Positions 14,465 through 26,214 of a stretch of 64,000 bases of DNA are shown piece by piece (position 1 is the stretch's first letter; the number at the start of each line of letters is the position of its first letter). The DNA is taken from contig NIVC01000845.1 of NCBI GenBank assembly GCA_002269645.1, positions 62,001-126,000 of the forward strand, written 5' to 3'. The stretch comes from Macrostomum lignano. Lineage: Eukaryota. A program made the translations under genes and the position numbers. Below the pieces are notes generated by a model. That model was not told where the DNA came from. It saw only the letters and a program-made list of their open reading frames with translations, and ran no database searches.

Positions 14465-15811
14465 TCACACCTGACTGCAGAGGCCTTCAAGTTGGTCACC
14501 TGGCTGCATTGGCTGCGGCAGCGATGGGTAGGAGCCGGATCTCAGGTGCTGCTGCTGCTGCTGCTGCTGCTGCAACTCGTAGTAATCATAGTGATCCTGC
14601 TTGGCTGCCGCCGGCTGCCTGCTGAGGCTGGCGAAGGGGCTGCGGCTCAGCAGGATGTCGGGCACACCGTAGGGATCGCCGCCCATGGCAGCCGCGGAGG
14701 CGCCGGTGCCGTAGCCGGCGGGCGGCGGCGGCAGGACGGGCACGCCGGGCAGCGGCCGGCCGTACGGGTCGGTCTGTTGGTGCTGGTAGAACTCGGCGGG
14801 GCCCCCGGCAGAAGCCGACATGTCCGATTGGTTGCCGAACAGGCAGCCGAGCATCGGGTAGTCCTCGTAGTTGCTCTGCCGGCTTGGTGCCCGCGGCTGC
14901 TTGTTCACCCGGGCGTAGTCGTCGTTGAGGCCGATCTGCAGCGACGTCACCACCGAGCCCTGCTGCTGCTGTTGCTGACCATTCAGCCGGCTGGCCTCGA
15001 TGCCGCTGTCCGAGGAGGTGTTCTGGCTGGAGCCTGGCGAGCCCGGTATGGTCTCGTGCCGGTCCTTGAAGGTCACCCGGTTGCCGCTGCGGCTGCGCGC
15101 GAGCAGGGCGTTCCGCTTCAGGCTGCCGCTCGCGGCGGCGGAGCTCAACTGGGCTGAGTTCCTGCGCACCTGGTACTTCACCAGGCCTGCCTGCCTGTCC
15201 AGGGTGCCGTTGGCGCCGCCGCAGGTGTAGGAGCTCTCGCTGGCATTGTCAACCTGCTCTGAGACGGTGGGTATCATCGAGACCGGCTGCATATCGCTCG
15301 AGATGCCCCTGTGCATGAACACGTACTGGTTGCTCTTCTTGCTGAGGTCGGATCCCGCCGAGCTGGGCGGCGATCTTCGCTCCTGGGGCATCGAGGCTGA
15401 CGACGGCTGGCCCGGCTGCTGGCGCTGGCCCTGATAGTCTGCGGAGACCTTCTCCGGGAATTCCAGCTCGAGGCGGATGTTGAACTGCCAGACGGGCCGG
15501 CAGCAGAGTGCCAGCCAGGCCGCGATCCATATCAGCAGGCAGGCACCGGCGGAGACCGCGGCAGCGAGCAGGATCGGCTCCTGGCGCGAGTGGTAGAGGC
15601 TGAGCCAGTCCCAAAGCACGGGGGCTTTGCACAGCGCCGCCGCCAGCATGAGCAGCAATCCGAAGATGAGGTTCGCATTGCTCGCACAGCAGGCCGCGCC
15701 GTCGATGCTGCCGACTCCAGCGCCGCTGCTGCCGTTGGAGCGCTCGCTGCTGCCCGAAGATGACGCCTCCAGCTGCAGATAGTGCCGGTACTTGCGCAAG
15801 TTGTTCAGTAC
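14465..15811 (-). CDS. tinc: Tincar-like multipass membrane protein, coding exon 3 (last TM segments plus long Ser/Gln-rich cytoplasmic tail)
   Basis: Acceptor CACGCAG|GTA in phase 0 matches the exon 2 donor; two hydrophobic segments then a low-complexity tail. Ends CAG GTG TGA, which could be the stop or a further donor. Confidence 0.8.
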   Translation of the reverse strand, partial: VLNNLRKYRHYLQLEASSSGSSERSNGSSGAGVGSIDGAACCASNANLIFGLLLMLAAALCKAPVLWDWLSLYHSRQEPILLAAAVSAGACLLIWIAAWLALCCRPVWQFNIRLELEFPEKVSADYQGQRQQPGQPSSASMPQERRSPPSSAGSDLSKKSNQYVFMHRGISSDMQPVSMIPTVSEQVDNASESSYTCGGANGTLDRQAGLVKYQVRRNSAQLSSAAASGSLKRNALLARSRSGNRVTFKDRHETIPGSPGSSQNTSSDSGIEASRLNGQQQQQQGSVVTSLQIGLNDDYARVNKQPRAPSRQSNYEDYPMLGCLFGNQSDMSASAGGPAEFYQHQQTDPYGRPLPGVPVLPPPPAGYGTGASAAAMGGDPYGVPDILLSRSPFASLSRQPAAAKQDHYDYYELQQQQQQQQHLRSGSYPSLPQPMQPGDQLEGLCSQV

Positions 15812-15992
15812 CTGCGTGGGTGATACGCATTGGTGCGTGTATCCATGGTAACCATTTGACCCGAAAGCTTATAGACAATGAGTTACATCTCGCCACTCCT
15901 CATTCAGGGGACACAAAGTGGATCCCATGTCAATCTAAGCCACTTATCAGAACTCAACTAAATTTTATGAAACACGGGACATCTCAGCTCAC

Positions 15993-16357
15993 CTGAGCAT
16001 AGCCAAACTCGAAAAAGGCCCCACTAGCCAGCAGCAGCAGCATGGAACCAACGGAGTCCAGCGCTAGCGTCGCAGCCGGTGGAATTTTGAGCACGACGGA
16101 CTCAGTTGAGCCAACTGTCGCGGCCTTGTACAGCACGGATGTGGCTTCGTAGGCGAGGAAAGTGTGCAGGCCGGAGGCGCATACGACCACGGAGAACAGC
16201 AGGGAGAACACTCGGTTGGAGAACCAGAACACTGACGGGTAGCGGACGGTGAGAATAGCCAGAGCCAGCAGCAAGTTGAAGACCTCGGTGGAGACCGGGT
16301 GAGTGGCTGTGGCCGTCGGTTGAATCACAAAGTCCAAGTCAGTCCGCCAGATTTGGT
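15993..16357 (-). CDS. tinc: Tincar-like protein, coding exon 2
   Basis: DQIWRTDLDF...LALAILTVRYPSVFWFSNRVFS...LAYEATSVLYK matches tincar family motifs (IWRTDLDF, VRYPxVFW); acceptor CCGCAG| phase 1, donor CAG|GTGAGC phase 0. Confidence 0.85.
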
Positions 16358-16405
16358 CTGCGGAGTTGAGATTTGGTCTACATGTAGGTTTTGGGAGTTT
16401 CACAA

Positions 16406-16673
16406 GACCTAGTAGAGCGTCGGACTCATGACTAGAAGGTCGGGGGTTCGATTCCCGATCCCACTGGAACAATTTTTGTCCTTGAGCGAGACCCTTAGCT
16501 CTGCTGTAAAATGGGAGCCAGCATTGGCTGTGTGTGGCGACCCCCCCCCCCAGTGTTTTGACTGAACAGCCGTACGCAGGCTTCAGATGCGCCGCGCAAT
16601 AGCTGCGACTGAGCTGTCGGTTGCACATCTGGCCATACTCGTATTGGAGCAGGTGTAATCAATTATTATTATT
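16406..16673 (+). mobile_element. tRNA-derived CORE-like SINE, copy A (5' and internally degraded)
   Basis: B box GGTTCGATTCC at 16445; GTCCTTGAGC...CTGTAAAATGGG core; (ATT)n tail; clear similarity to 43516-43830. Confidence 0.8.
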
Positions 16674-19600
16674 AAAGGATCTAAATGTAACCGCAGCATC
16701 CACTTGCTGATTGGTGAAATAATTATAAATTTGGTCAACTGAAGTTTAGTAGAATGACATATTGACTCGTGGGTAAGAGTAAATCAAATCCGCCCTCTGA
16801 AGCATTCGCTCAGACATTCCATGACTGTTTCGGTATGCAAGCGCGCGGTCTTTGTCGCGGCAGGATAAGTCTGAATCTGCAGCCAGGTAGATAGGAATGG
16901 TATGAGAGGCAAAGACCAGCGCCTTAGATCTGCTAAGTGCCCCCTTCCACTCGATTTCTATAAGACCGTCTGGGATGATGAGAGGAGGGGAGGGATAACC
17001 CCAATAACCTCGCTTTAGTGATGCTTAATCCCCGCCATTGCTGACTGATCCCCGCCGCTGATTCCCAGAGGTTGAGGGGGAAGCCCGCGTCTCTTTCTTC
17101 TCCATGGCCGCCAGACTCCGATGAAGCGCCGCTTATCACCACGGCCTCCGGTCCTGACAGTGATGGGATTCATCCCTCCCCGAAGCTCCGCCGCCCCCCC
17201 CCACGGGTTTAGCAAGCTTAGCTTAGCAACAATCAACGGAATGCGCCGGCCGGCATCCCCTCCCCAGGGCTGCTGACAGTTTTAAGATCCCCCAGCCCCC
17301 CCCCCCCAACTGCCGGAGGTTCCGCACAGCCGCGTGCCTGGCTGGCTGAATTTCAAATTTGTAGAGCGCCAAAAGAATTCAAAGAATTGAAAGTTTCCAG
17401 AGTTGGAAGTTGGTGTGCTGGGAGTTTTATGATGGGAGTCGCCTCCCCCCCCCCCCATCGCGTCATCCTCCCGGGCCCAGCGCTGCCCGTCAAGCTCCAT
17501 TGTTCCGCCTCCAGAATCCAAGCTACGAGTATTATCCCCCATTAAATTAGAATCCCCAAAAAGACGCCATCGAGCGTGACTACTGGTTTGGCTTGGCTCT
17601 TCCCACCCCCCCCCTCAACTTCTTCCCACAACTCTGACTGGCTTGGCCTGGAGTTTTCACTTTCTGTTTTGAATATTCAAAGCGGAGTCTCAATAGAGGA
17701 AGAGAATGGGGGGAGGAGGGGACAGAGCAACTGAAAGCTGTGGAGTCCCTTCTGTCCAGTAAAGTCTTGGTTGAGCAGTTGTTTGCCGCGGACCGTCCGT
17801 CCCCTGGGCTGCTGGGCTGTTCCGGTTGAACTCCGTATAGTGAAGCATATGGTTGTATGCCGTAAAACTTGAGCTGGTTCAACCCTTACTAGCCTATCTC
17901 TTTACCTTCATAAAATTTATACTGGGAATGACCTGCTGGTCCATTATTATCTCTCTGCCGTGCAAATTTCCTGCATTATAGAGGCTGGAATTTCATCCCG
18001 CCTAGAGAAGATCAAGGATTGAGAGCAATCAAGATCAAGAAATTACAGCCGGGCTGCCGATATGTATCGAAAGCTATACTTTATTAGAAATCCAAGCGAT
18101 TCTATAGTCAAACTCGATAGCTACTCAGAAGCGACTCCACCCAAAAAAACTAGGCTGACTAACTCCCTTGACTCGAAGCTGGGTCATGGCTGGCCATTAC
18201 GCTTTTACGACTTCACGCTTCTCTTTGCACAGCCCAGCAGACAGCCAGCTGGCCTCCTGTTCTGGGCAACAGAGACCGAGGTGCAGACAGGGTCACAAAT
18301 GCATTAATTTGCCGATGAGGCCGGCTAGATAATGCGAGCTATGCAAACTATATCTGGGACTGGCTGGACCTGCATTAGCTACAACAACAGCAGTCCCTAG
18401 GAGGGGATAACTTCCCTGCAAAGTAAAAGTTATCCCTCGGAATGGGGGGGGGAACAAAGAGCGGCCCACTAGCAAACCAAGAGCTGCACGAGCGGTGATT
18501 GCGCATAAACCGCGGCGGCTGCCCGTCATTAATTTCAACCCCCCCGACCCCCGGAGGCGCCGGAATCGGCAAACGGGATCACATCCCTAATCCTTGGCCC
18601 ACTCAGATCATCCCGACTGGCTCTGCCCGCTGGTGCTCCGTGTCTCAATCGATTGCGTAATCTCACCGCCCCGCACTCGGGCGTGTCTCAGCCTTGGCCA
18701 CAATGACCTCCCCTTCCCCAACGATCCTCTGTCGCTGTGCGCCCCGATCTCTGCCTGCCACTGCCGGGCCCTGCAGGCTTTGAGTCAGCTATAGGTGAGT
18801 ATCTTTATTTCTATTGAGAAGCTTCCGGCCTGCTCAAGCTACTGTCCTATATAGCCACAGGGGTTCGGGAAGCTGCAATTGATGAGGATCGAGACAGACA
18901 GAGAAGCACAGGCAGTGCAGGTGTGTAATTTATAGAAACCGATGACGAATCGCGTTAGTTTCTGAAGCGATATGGCGGTCGTTAGGTAAATAACAGAGTT
19001 AGGTCTAGGTGTGAGATTTTATGGAGACATACTCATGCACACACTCGGTTCCTTATGGAGTTGGGCCTCATTAATAATTTGCGTTAATCCCTCTCAGTGC
19101 CTCGATGATCCGCTTCATCTCTGAATAGAAACAGATTACTAAAGTTACTAAATACTCAGCATCTGGCTATTATATCATTAAATCTGTGTTTATGACGGCT
19201 AAAGAGTAAAACAAACAAACACACTTAGGCGTGACAGTAGTTACCATAACTGCGAGTTGTAGGCAGTCAGTCAGGCTATACTCAAGTTTTAGTATGGCAA
19301 AAAAGTTGAATTTCTCACACATTCCCTCCCTACCCCCCCTCTCTCTCTCTCTCGATCTCGGAGTCACTGCGGCGCAAATGCCCTACTCTTGTAGCCTTTT
19401 TCTACTATCACCCACATGCATAAGCTGTTCGATTTCAGTCATTTAGCTACAGATAAGGCCAAAACTTATCTAAACCGAACGACAATATGTTTGTCGCCGA
19501 CTATGAAATTCACTGCACTGCATTTTACTGTTTCGGATTCTTTCATTCATTTTCAGTGTTGGCTGGCTGTGAGTCATCGAGGTGTAGGCATGGGTGGAAG

Positions 19601-20699
19601 GTAATCATTTTTTTTCACCGCACGGTGCAAGTCACGCAGCGCTTCAGCATTCGGTGCTATTGACCTAAGCTGGCTCTGTTGCCAACCCGACTGCCGGTGA
19701 CCCCCTGACCCAACAGACTTGACTAAGCAGCGCCCATGTATTACAGTCGCTACAGCGCTCAGTCTCAGAGGAGAATGCTGAGTCAAACTCTCTGTTCTGA
19801 GGGCTGGGTAGGCATAACAATTCAATTAATTACGCAACACATTTTGCACGGTAAGAGAGAGTAGAGAGTGAATTCCAGTTGTGATGAAGAGGAAAGCATA
19901 TAGGAAGGTAACAAGAGACCGCTTCTCAATCCACTTGATAAACTCGGGCTTGTCAGTCAGACAGTCAGTGAAGCAGTCAGTCAGTCTCCGCTGCATCACC
20001 ATCAGACCCTGGCCCTGTCACCGAGAGCTCAGCCATCCAGCTGCTCAAAATCCATGCCGTTGATAGCCAAAGAAACTCTCCCTTTTCTGCAGAGACTGCA
20101 CCAGTGTTCTCTCTCAGTCAGTCAGTCAGTCAGTCAGGTAGACAGACAGGTTCCTGATCAATGCTAGCTGAAATGTTCCCATCTCCCAGCCCCCCAATGC
20201 ATCTGCCATAGCACACAGAGGAAGCTAAATACCCCCACTAAAATGCCATTTCTGTTATTTTAAGTCCCCGTGCTCCTAAAATTTTATTTTGCTTAATGGA
20301 TCAGAAAACAGGGACACATTTAGTCTTGCCTAATTTGGTGACAAAGTCTGACAACTGCTGCGTGTCCTGCATGGAAGCAACTTTTCATGGGAATGATTTT
20401 TTTATAAATACATGCAGCCTTTTAATGCTTATCAACGATGTGAGTTGTACAATTTCTTCCTTGGTTGGGAATTTCTTTACAATTCTGGCACCTGTAGGCA
20501 GTCGGCTAATTTTGGGCAACCAACGACATAACAGAATCGTTCGTCATGAAGGCTTGCCAGAACCCCCCCCCCCCGATCTACTGACATCGTTAAACAGATT
20601 CTTTAAAAAACATTCTCTATCAGGTAAAAAGGTGCAAGATTGAAACAAATGGCACTCCCCAAACAATGACACTGTCTCACAAAAATTGCACTCAATCTC

Positions 20700-21015
20700 A
20701 TAGTGGCACTCTATCAGACAAAAGAGGCACACTATCAGACAAAAGAGGCACACTATCAGACAAAAGAGGCACACTATCAGACAAAAGTGGCATTCTGTCA
20801 GACAAAAAGTGGCACTCTGTCAGACAAAAGTGGCACACTATCAGACAAAAGTGGCACTCTATCAGACAAAAGTGGCACTCTGTCAGAACAAAATGGCACT
20901 CTGTCAGAACAAAATGGCACTCTGTCAGACAAAAGTGGCACTCTGTCAGAACAAAATGGCACTCTGTCAGACAAAATCGGCACTCTATCAGACAAAATTG
21001 GCACTCTTTCAGACA
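20700..21015. repeat. Minisatellite, 21-22-bp unit AGTGGCACTCTGTCAGACAAA, adjacent to the tinc exon 1 donor
   Basis: Direct tandem repetition. Confidence 0.9.
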
Positions 21016-21030
21016 GAAGTCACGCCTCAC

Positions 21031-21505
21031 CTTTCGCCAGCTGCTCCCGGTGAATCTCCTCAGCCTCCAGCACCGGCATCGGCAGCAGCAGACAGAGCGA
21101 CATCAGCAGGTGCAGCGCGCTGGTGTACGGCACAAAGTGGCGCAGTAGTCGCGATAGGCAGGCGCCACAGCCGACGACGCCTTCGGCCACATCAACGGCG
21201 GCCACGCGGAGGCTGTCGCGATCGCGCCCGACCTGCACGCCGTCCTCGGCGAAGTTGTCAGTCTTCAGGAAGGCCGAGTACAGGAACAGCGGCAGCATCA
21301 GGGCGGCAGCGATGGCCCCGGCCAGGTGGAAATTCATGGGGCCCATGGGCCATTGCTCGCGCAGAGCCCGGCTCCTGAAGGCGGAGTAGCGCTGGAAGCT
21401 GGCGTGCAGCAGGAAGCCGTGTACAGCCAGGATGAGCAGCGCGTACCAGACTCGCCACAGCCGGTCAACCTTGGCCCTGCGGCACAGGCCTTTGCCGTTG
21501 GGCAT
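21031..21505 (-). CDS. tinc: Tincar-like protein, coding exon 1
   Basis: RLWRVWYALL...LPLFLYSAFLKTDNFAEDG...LHLLMSLCLLLP..LEAEEI matches the tincar N-terminal TM region; donor AAAG|GTGAGG phase 1. Joined product ~728 aa. Confidence 0.85.
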
Positions 21506-22121
21506 TGCTACCGCTATCTAATTAGCACAATTATTGAATATTATAACTGCTATACTGGCTTCTCGATCAGTGAATGCTCTCAGTTCTGGTGAATTGATGA
21601 AGCATTACAGAGTCACCTGTGTTTCTGATAAAAATCTGAATCTGGCTCTCTCTCTCTCTCGATCTGTTGTCGCTAGACTTCAGTCCCAGCTAATAATAGG
21701 TAGGTGGCTGAGGAGGTGGAGGCTTGTCGAGCTCTCCCTTATTGGAACAGCTTGAATGGAGGGAGTCGGCTGCTGTACAACTGCAGAGGGGCAACGGGGG
21801 GGGTAAGAGATCCGTGTGAAGCTCCCCCCCACCTTCCAGCCAATGACAGGCTGCCTGCCGTGTGACTCTGAGCGGAGCAAGCCTCAAAATAATTATTAGC
21901 CAGAGTTTGAATTCTGCCCGAGCAGATTTTATACTACTAACACAATTGCTGATAAGTAGTGAACATAGTATATATTTTGTGACGCGTCTTTTCAGGAATC
22001 GAAGTTCATGGTTGAATCGCTGGGACTTGCCATCAGTATTGCAAAGTTGCACGAGAACGCAATGTTACACCGGTTTTCAAGTATTTTATTATCCTTTGTC
22101 AATACCTCAGATTCTTAATCC

Positions 22122-22735
22122 ACCTGTCTGTCTCTAATATATCGCTCATTAACCCACCTATCTCAAATCCATCGCTCATTAATCCACCTGTCTATCCCAA
22201 ATCCATCACTCATTAATCCACCTGTCTATTCTCAATCTATCGCTCATTAACCCACCTGTCTATTCTCAATCTACCGCTCATTAACCCACCTATCTCAAAT
22301 CCATCGCTCATTAATCCAACTGTCTATCTCAAATCCATCGCTCATTAATCCACCTGTCTATCTCAAATCCATCTCTCATTAATCCACCTGTCTATCTCAA
22401 ATCCATCTCTCATTAATCCAACTGTCTATCTTAAACCCATCGCTCATTAATCCACCTGTCTATCTTAAACCCATCGCTTATTAATCCACCTGTCTATCTC
22501 AAATCCATCTCTCATTAATCCACTTGTCTATCTCAAATCCATCTCTCATTAACCCACCTGTCTATTCTCAATCTACCGCTCATTAACCCACCTGTCTATT
22601 CTCAATCTACCGCTCATTAACCCACCTATCTCAAATCCATCGCTCATTAATCCACCTGTCTATCTCAAATCCATCGCTCATTAATCCACCTGTCTATCTC
22701 GAATCCATCTCTCATTAATCCACCTGTCTATCTCC
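22122..22735. repeat. Minisatellite, ~34-bp unit TCATTAATCCACCTGTCTATCTCAAATCCATCGC
   Basis: Direct tandem repetition. Confidence 0.9.
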
Positions 22736-22854
22736 CCACTCTCCACCTTTCCCTTCGACTCTCCTTATCCCAATTGCGTTCTCGGCAATTCACACACAGC
22801 ACGAGTTCAGAGTCCAGCATCTGCTCATCCGTGCTCAATGCCCAGTCAGCCAGT

Positions 22855-23177
22855 CTACGGCAGCATCAGCCGCTTGATCTTCAAGCTGTGTCGCCCAGCT
22901 CGTCGTCGCCTCCTCGTTGAGGGCGGCGCCGCACCGGTGGTCGCCGGCGCTTCCGGCCGGCCGTCACCGGATCCGAAATCGGCGTCCCCCCACTCGTCGT
23001 CGCCGCTGCCGGCGCCCCAGCCGGAGCCCAGCTGCTGCTGCTGCTGGCCAGCCATGGTCGGTCGCCACGTGCCGCCGCCCGTCCCGACGCCGCCGGGACC
23101 GCCCGGTGTTGTCAGAGTCCCCAGCCGGTCGCGATCCGTCGTCGATGAGCCGCCTGAAGTGCCAGTCGAGGCCATCT
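22855..23177 (-). CDS. Probable last exon (8) of the 3xIg gene; Gly/Ser/Thr/Gln-rich tail
   Basis: GC-rich block with poly-Q. A phase-1 acceptor TTTTGAAG|AG joins it in frame to exon 7, but this acceptor is weak and other nearby AGs exist. Confidence 0.5.
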
Positions 23178-23334
23178 CTTCAAAACTTCACTGGATCTGA
23201 GTCCCGACCAAGGACCACTAGAAGTTACTTTTGTGCTTTGGGTCTTGGCCCTCAAGGCTGTAAATCGCATGAAAAGCCCCTTCCTCTAGGCCAAATTTGT
23301 GCACTTTGGCGCAAGATTTATAACGGCTCTGTAT

Positions 23335-23675
23335 ACTCAATCTTGAGTTGGAGATCCCAGATCCTCAATGCACAGCCTCTCTGCATCATCTACTCAATCT
23401 TGAGCTGGAGATCCCAGATCCTCAATGCACAGCCTCTCTGCATCATCTACTCAATCTTGAGCTGGAGATCCCAGATCCTCAATGCACAGCCTCTCCGCAT
23501 CATCTACTCAATCTTGAGCTGGACTCTCTGCATCATCTACTCAACCTTCACAGCCTTGAGCTGGAGATCCCAGATCCTCAATGCACAGCCTCTCTGCATC
23601 AACTACTCAATCTTGAGCTGGAGAACCTAGATCCTCAATGCACAGCCTCTCTACATCATCTACCCAATCTTGAGT
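23335..23675. repeat. Minisatellite, 57-bp unit, in Ig-gene intron 7
   Basis: TCAATCTTGAGCTGGAGATCCCAGATCCTCAATGCACAGCC... repeated ~6 times. Confidence 0.9.
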
Positions 23676-23692
23676 TGGGGGTCAACGCTCAC

Positions 23693-23831
23693 CAGTCAGA
23701 TTGAAGACAAAGCCGCTTCGACCAGCCACATTGCTGGCCACGCACTGGTACAGGCCGCGGTTGCTGGGGCGAAAACTTCGTATGAGCAGATCGGAAATGT
23801 GCAGAGAACCAACGGCGCTGCTGTACAGGAA
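23693..23831 (-). CDS. 3xIg gene exon 7 (C-terminal half of Ig3)
   Basis: Not in the ORF track. Reads FLYSSAVGSLHISDLLIRSFRPSNRGLYQCVASNVAGRSGFVFNLT with the Ig GxYxCxASN motif; acceptor CCACAG| phase 0, donor G|GTGAGC phase 1. Confidence 0.85.
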
Positions 23832-23877
23832 CTGTGGATGGAGTGGTTTGGGTGATTTAATGCATGGCTAGGCAGGA

Positions 23878-24643
23878 GATCCAGTGTCTCTATCCAGTGT
23901 CTCTATCCAGTGTCTCTATCCAGTGTCTCTATCCAGTGTCTCTATCCAGTGTCTCTATCCAGTGTCTCTATCCAGTGTCTCTATCCAGTGTCTCTATCCA
24001 GTGTCTCTATCCAGTGTCTCTATCCAGTGTCTCTATCCAGTGTCTCTATCCAGTGTCTCTATCCAGTGTCTCTATCCAGTGTCTCTATCCAGTGTCTCTA
24101 TCCAGTGTCTCTATCCAGTGTCTCTATCCAGTGTCTCTATCCAGTGTCTCTATCCAGTGTCTCTATCCAGTGTCTCTATCCAGTGTCTCTATCCAGTGTC
24201 TCTATCCAGTGTCTCTATCCAGTGTCTCTATCCAGTGTCTCTATCCAGTGTCTCTATCCAGTGTCTCTATCCAGTGTCTCTATCCAGTGTCTCTATCCAG
24301 TGTCTCTATCCAGTGTCTCTATCCAGTGTCTATCCAATGTCTATCCAGTGTCTCTATCCAGTGTCTATATCCAGTGTCTCTATCCAGTGTCTATCCAGTG
24401 TCTCTATCCAGTGTCTATCCAGTGTCTCTATCCAGTGTCTCTATCCAGTGTCTCTATCCAGTGTCTCTATCCAGTTTCTCTATCCAGTGTCTCTATCCAG
24501 TGTCTATCCAGTATCTCTATCCAGTGTCTCTATCCAGTGTCTATCCAGTGTCTCTATCCATTGTCTCTATCCAGTGTCTATCCAGTGTCTCTATCCAGTG
24601 TCTCTATCCAGTGTCTCTATCCAGTGTCTTTATCCAGTGTCTC
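23878..24643. repeat. Minisatellite, 13-bp unit CCAGTGTCTCTAT, filling Ig-gene intron 6
   Basis: Direct tandem repetition; perfect on the left, 11/13-bp variants on the right. Confidence 0.97.
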
Positions 24644-24659
24644 CAAACTCGGTGCTCAC

Positions 24660-24844
24660 AAGATTGGGGTCGGCAAAAGGCATCAGCTGGGTGCCGTTGC
24701 GCAGCCAGGTGAAACGGAGGCTCTCGCCTCGCGAACTACAGGCCAGGGTGAAGCTCTCGCCGTCACGGGGTGTCGCCCGTGGATTGTCGGCCCTCAAAGC
24801 TGAGCGGATGCCGTTGTAGGTGGCGGTGATGGGGCCTGGCGGAG
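24660..24844 (-). CDS. 3xIg gene exon 6 (N-terminal half of Ig3)
   Basis: [23 protein letters not shown] has the Ig B-strand Cys and C-strand Trp; acceptor CCGCAG| phase 1, donor CTT|GTGAGC phase 0. Confidence 0.85.
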
Positions 24845-24873
24845 CTGCGGGTGATTGGGACAAAATTTCGATT

Positions 24874-25484
24874 GACAGCGGAAGCGACAGCGGAAGCGAC
24901 AGCGGAAGCGACAGCGGAAGCGACAGCGGAAGCGACAGCGGAAGCGACAGCGGAAGCGACAGCGGAAGCGACAGCGGAAGCGACAGCGGAAGCGACAGCG
25001 GAAGCGACAGCGGAAGCGACAGCGGAAGCGACAGCGGAAGCGACAGCGGAAGCGACAGCGGAAGCGACAGCGGAAGCGACAGCGGAAGCGACAGCGGAAG
25101 CGACAGCGGAAGCGACAGCGGAAGCGACAGCGGAAGCGACAGCGGAAGCGACAGCGGAAGCGACAGCGGAAGCGACAGCGGAAGCGACAGCGGAAGCGAC
25201 AGCGGAAGCGACAGCGGAAGCGACAGCGGAAGCGACAGCGGAAGCGACAGCGGAAGCGACAGCGGAAGCGACAGCGGAAGCGACAGCGGAAGCGACAGCG
25301 GAAGCGACAGCGGAAGCGACAGCGGAAGCGACAGCGGAAGCGACAGCGGAAGCGACAGCGGAAGCGACAGCGGAAGCGACAGCGGAAGCGACAGCGGAAG
25401 CGACAGCGGAAGCGACAGCGGAAGCGACAGCGGAAGCGACAGCGGAAGCGACAGTGGAAGCGACAGCGGAAGCGACAGCGGAAG
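24874..25484. repeat. Near-perfect 12-bp minisatellite GACAGCGGAAGC (~51 copies), Ig-gene intron 5
   Basis: Seen directly. The (DSGS)n and (ATAE)n ORFs are artefacts. Confidence 0.97.
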
Positions 25485-25557
25485 ATTATTCAGTGAAATC
25501 TGCTAGTGCTTTAAATACTACTTTCAATAGACTATTTCTTTTCCATTGCTCCCTTAC

Positions 25558-25687
25558 GCATCGTAGCATTGATGAGGTCAAGCCGGAAGCTGGCAGTCCA
25601 TTCTGGATCCAATTGATTGTTAACGTGGCAGGTGAAAATATACCGAGCCGTTTCCATGGTGACGTTGTTTAGTTCGTATGCGGACCC
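25558..25687 (-). CDS. 3xIg gene exon 5 (C-terminal half of Ig2)
   Basis: Not in the ORF track. GSAYELNNVTMETARYIFTCHVNNQLDPEWTASFRLDLINATM; acceptor CTCGTAG| phase 0, donor C|GTAAGG phase 1. Confidence 0.8.
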
Positions 25688-25734
25688 CTACGAGAGTAAA
25701 TAAGTTTGAAAGAATTTTAATCAAAATTTCTCCA

Positions 25735-25880
25735 AAAACTCCAAATCTCCCGAACTCCAAATCCCCCCAAACTCAAAATCTCCCCAAACTCCAAATATCC
25801 CTAAACTCCAAATATCCCCAAACTCCAAATCTCCCAAAACTCGAAATCTCCCCAAACCCCATATCTCCCAAAATTCTGAA
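25735..25880. repeat. Degenerate ~18-bp repeat (CCCCAAACTCCAAAT...), Ig-gene intron 4
   Basis: Seen directly, ~7 imperfect copies. Confidence 0.7.
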
Positions 25881-25942
25881 TCCCAGAATCCCACTCACAC
25901 CGAACTCACGACAGCACACCCCTATGCCGCTGGAACACCCAC

Positions 25943-26145
25943 CCATGCCAGCACCGATGGTCGGGCAGGCTGGCTTTCATCCTCCAGCCGGCGGCTCCAG
26001 TGCACCGAGGTGGGCGGGAAATTCCTGACGTTACCTTCGCCGCCGCCTCCGCCACCGCCGCTACAGTCCAGGGTCGCCCGGCCGCCCAGCTGCACCGCCA
26101 CTCGCCCGCCGCCACTGCTGCTGCTGGGCGAGAAAAGTACAGGCT
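25943..26145 (-). CDS. 3xIg gene exon 4 (N-terminal half of Ig2)
   Basis: RVAVQLGGRATLDCSG...SVHWSRR; acceptor CCCGCAG| phase 1, donor TGG|GTGGGT phase 0. Confidence 0.8.
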
Positions 26146-26214
26146 CTGCGGGGGAGAACGAGGTATCCATTTAGATTGAGAAGAACCTGCTTTTATCTAG
26201 ATTTGAGACTCCTG

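Noticed and set aside
14288-15157. 289-aa plus-strand ORF, and similar antisense ORFs over the gag-pol, lectin and LRR genes
   Set aside because: Shadow ORFs caused by high GC3 codon usage on the opposite strand.
24820-25672. (DSGS)n dentin-sialophosphoprotein-like and (ATAE)n antifreeze-like ORFs
   Set aside because: 12-bp satellite inside Ig-gene intron 5, on the antisense strand.
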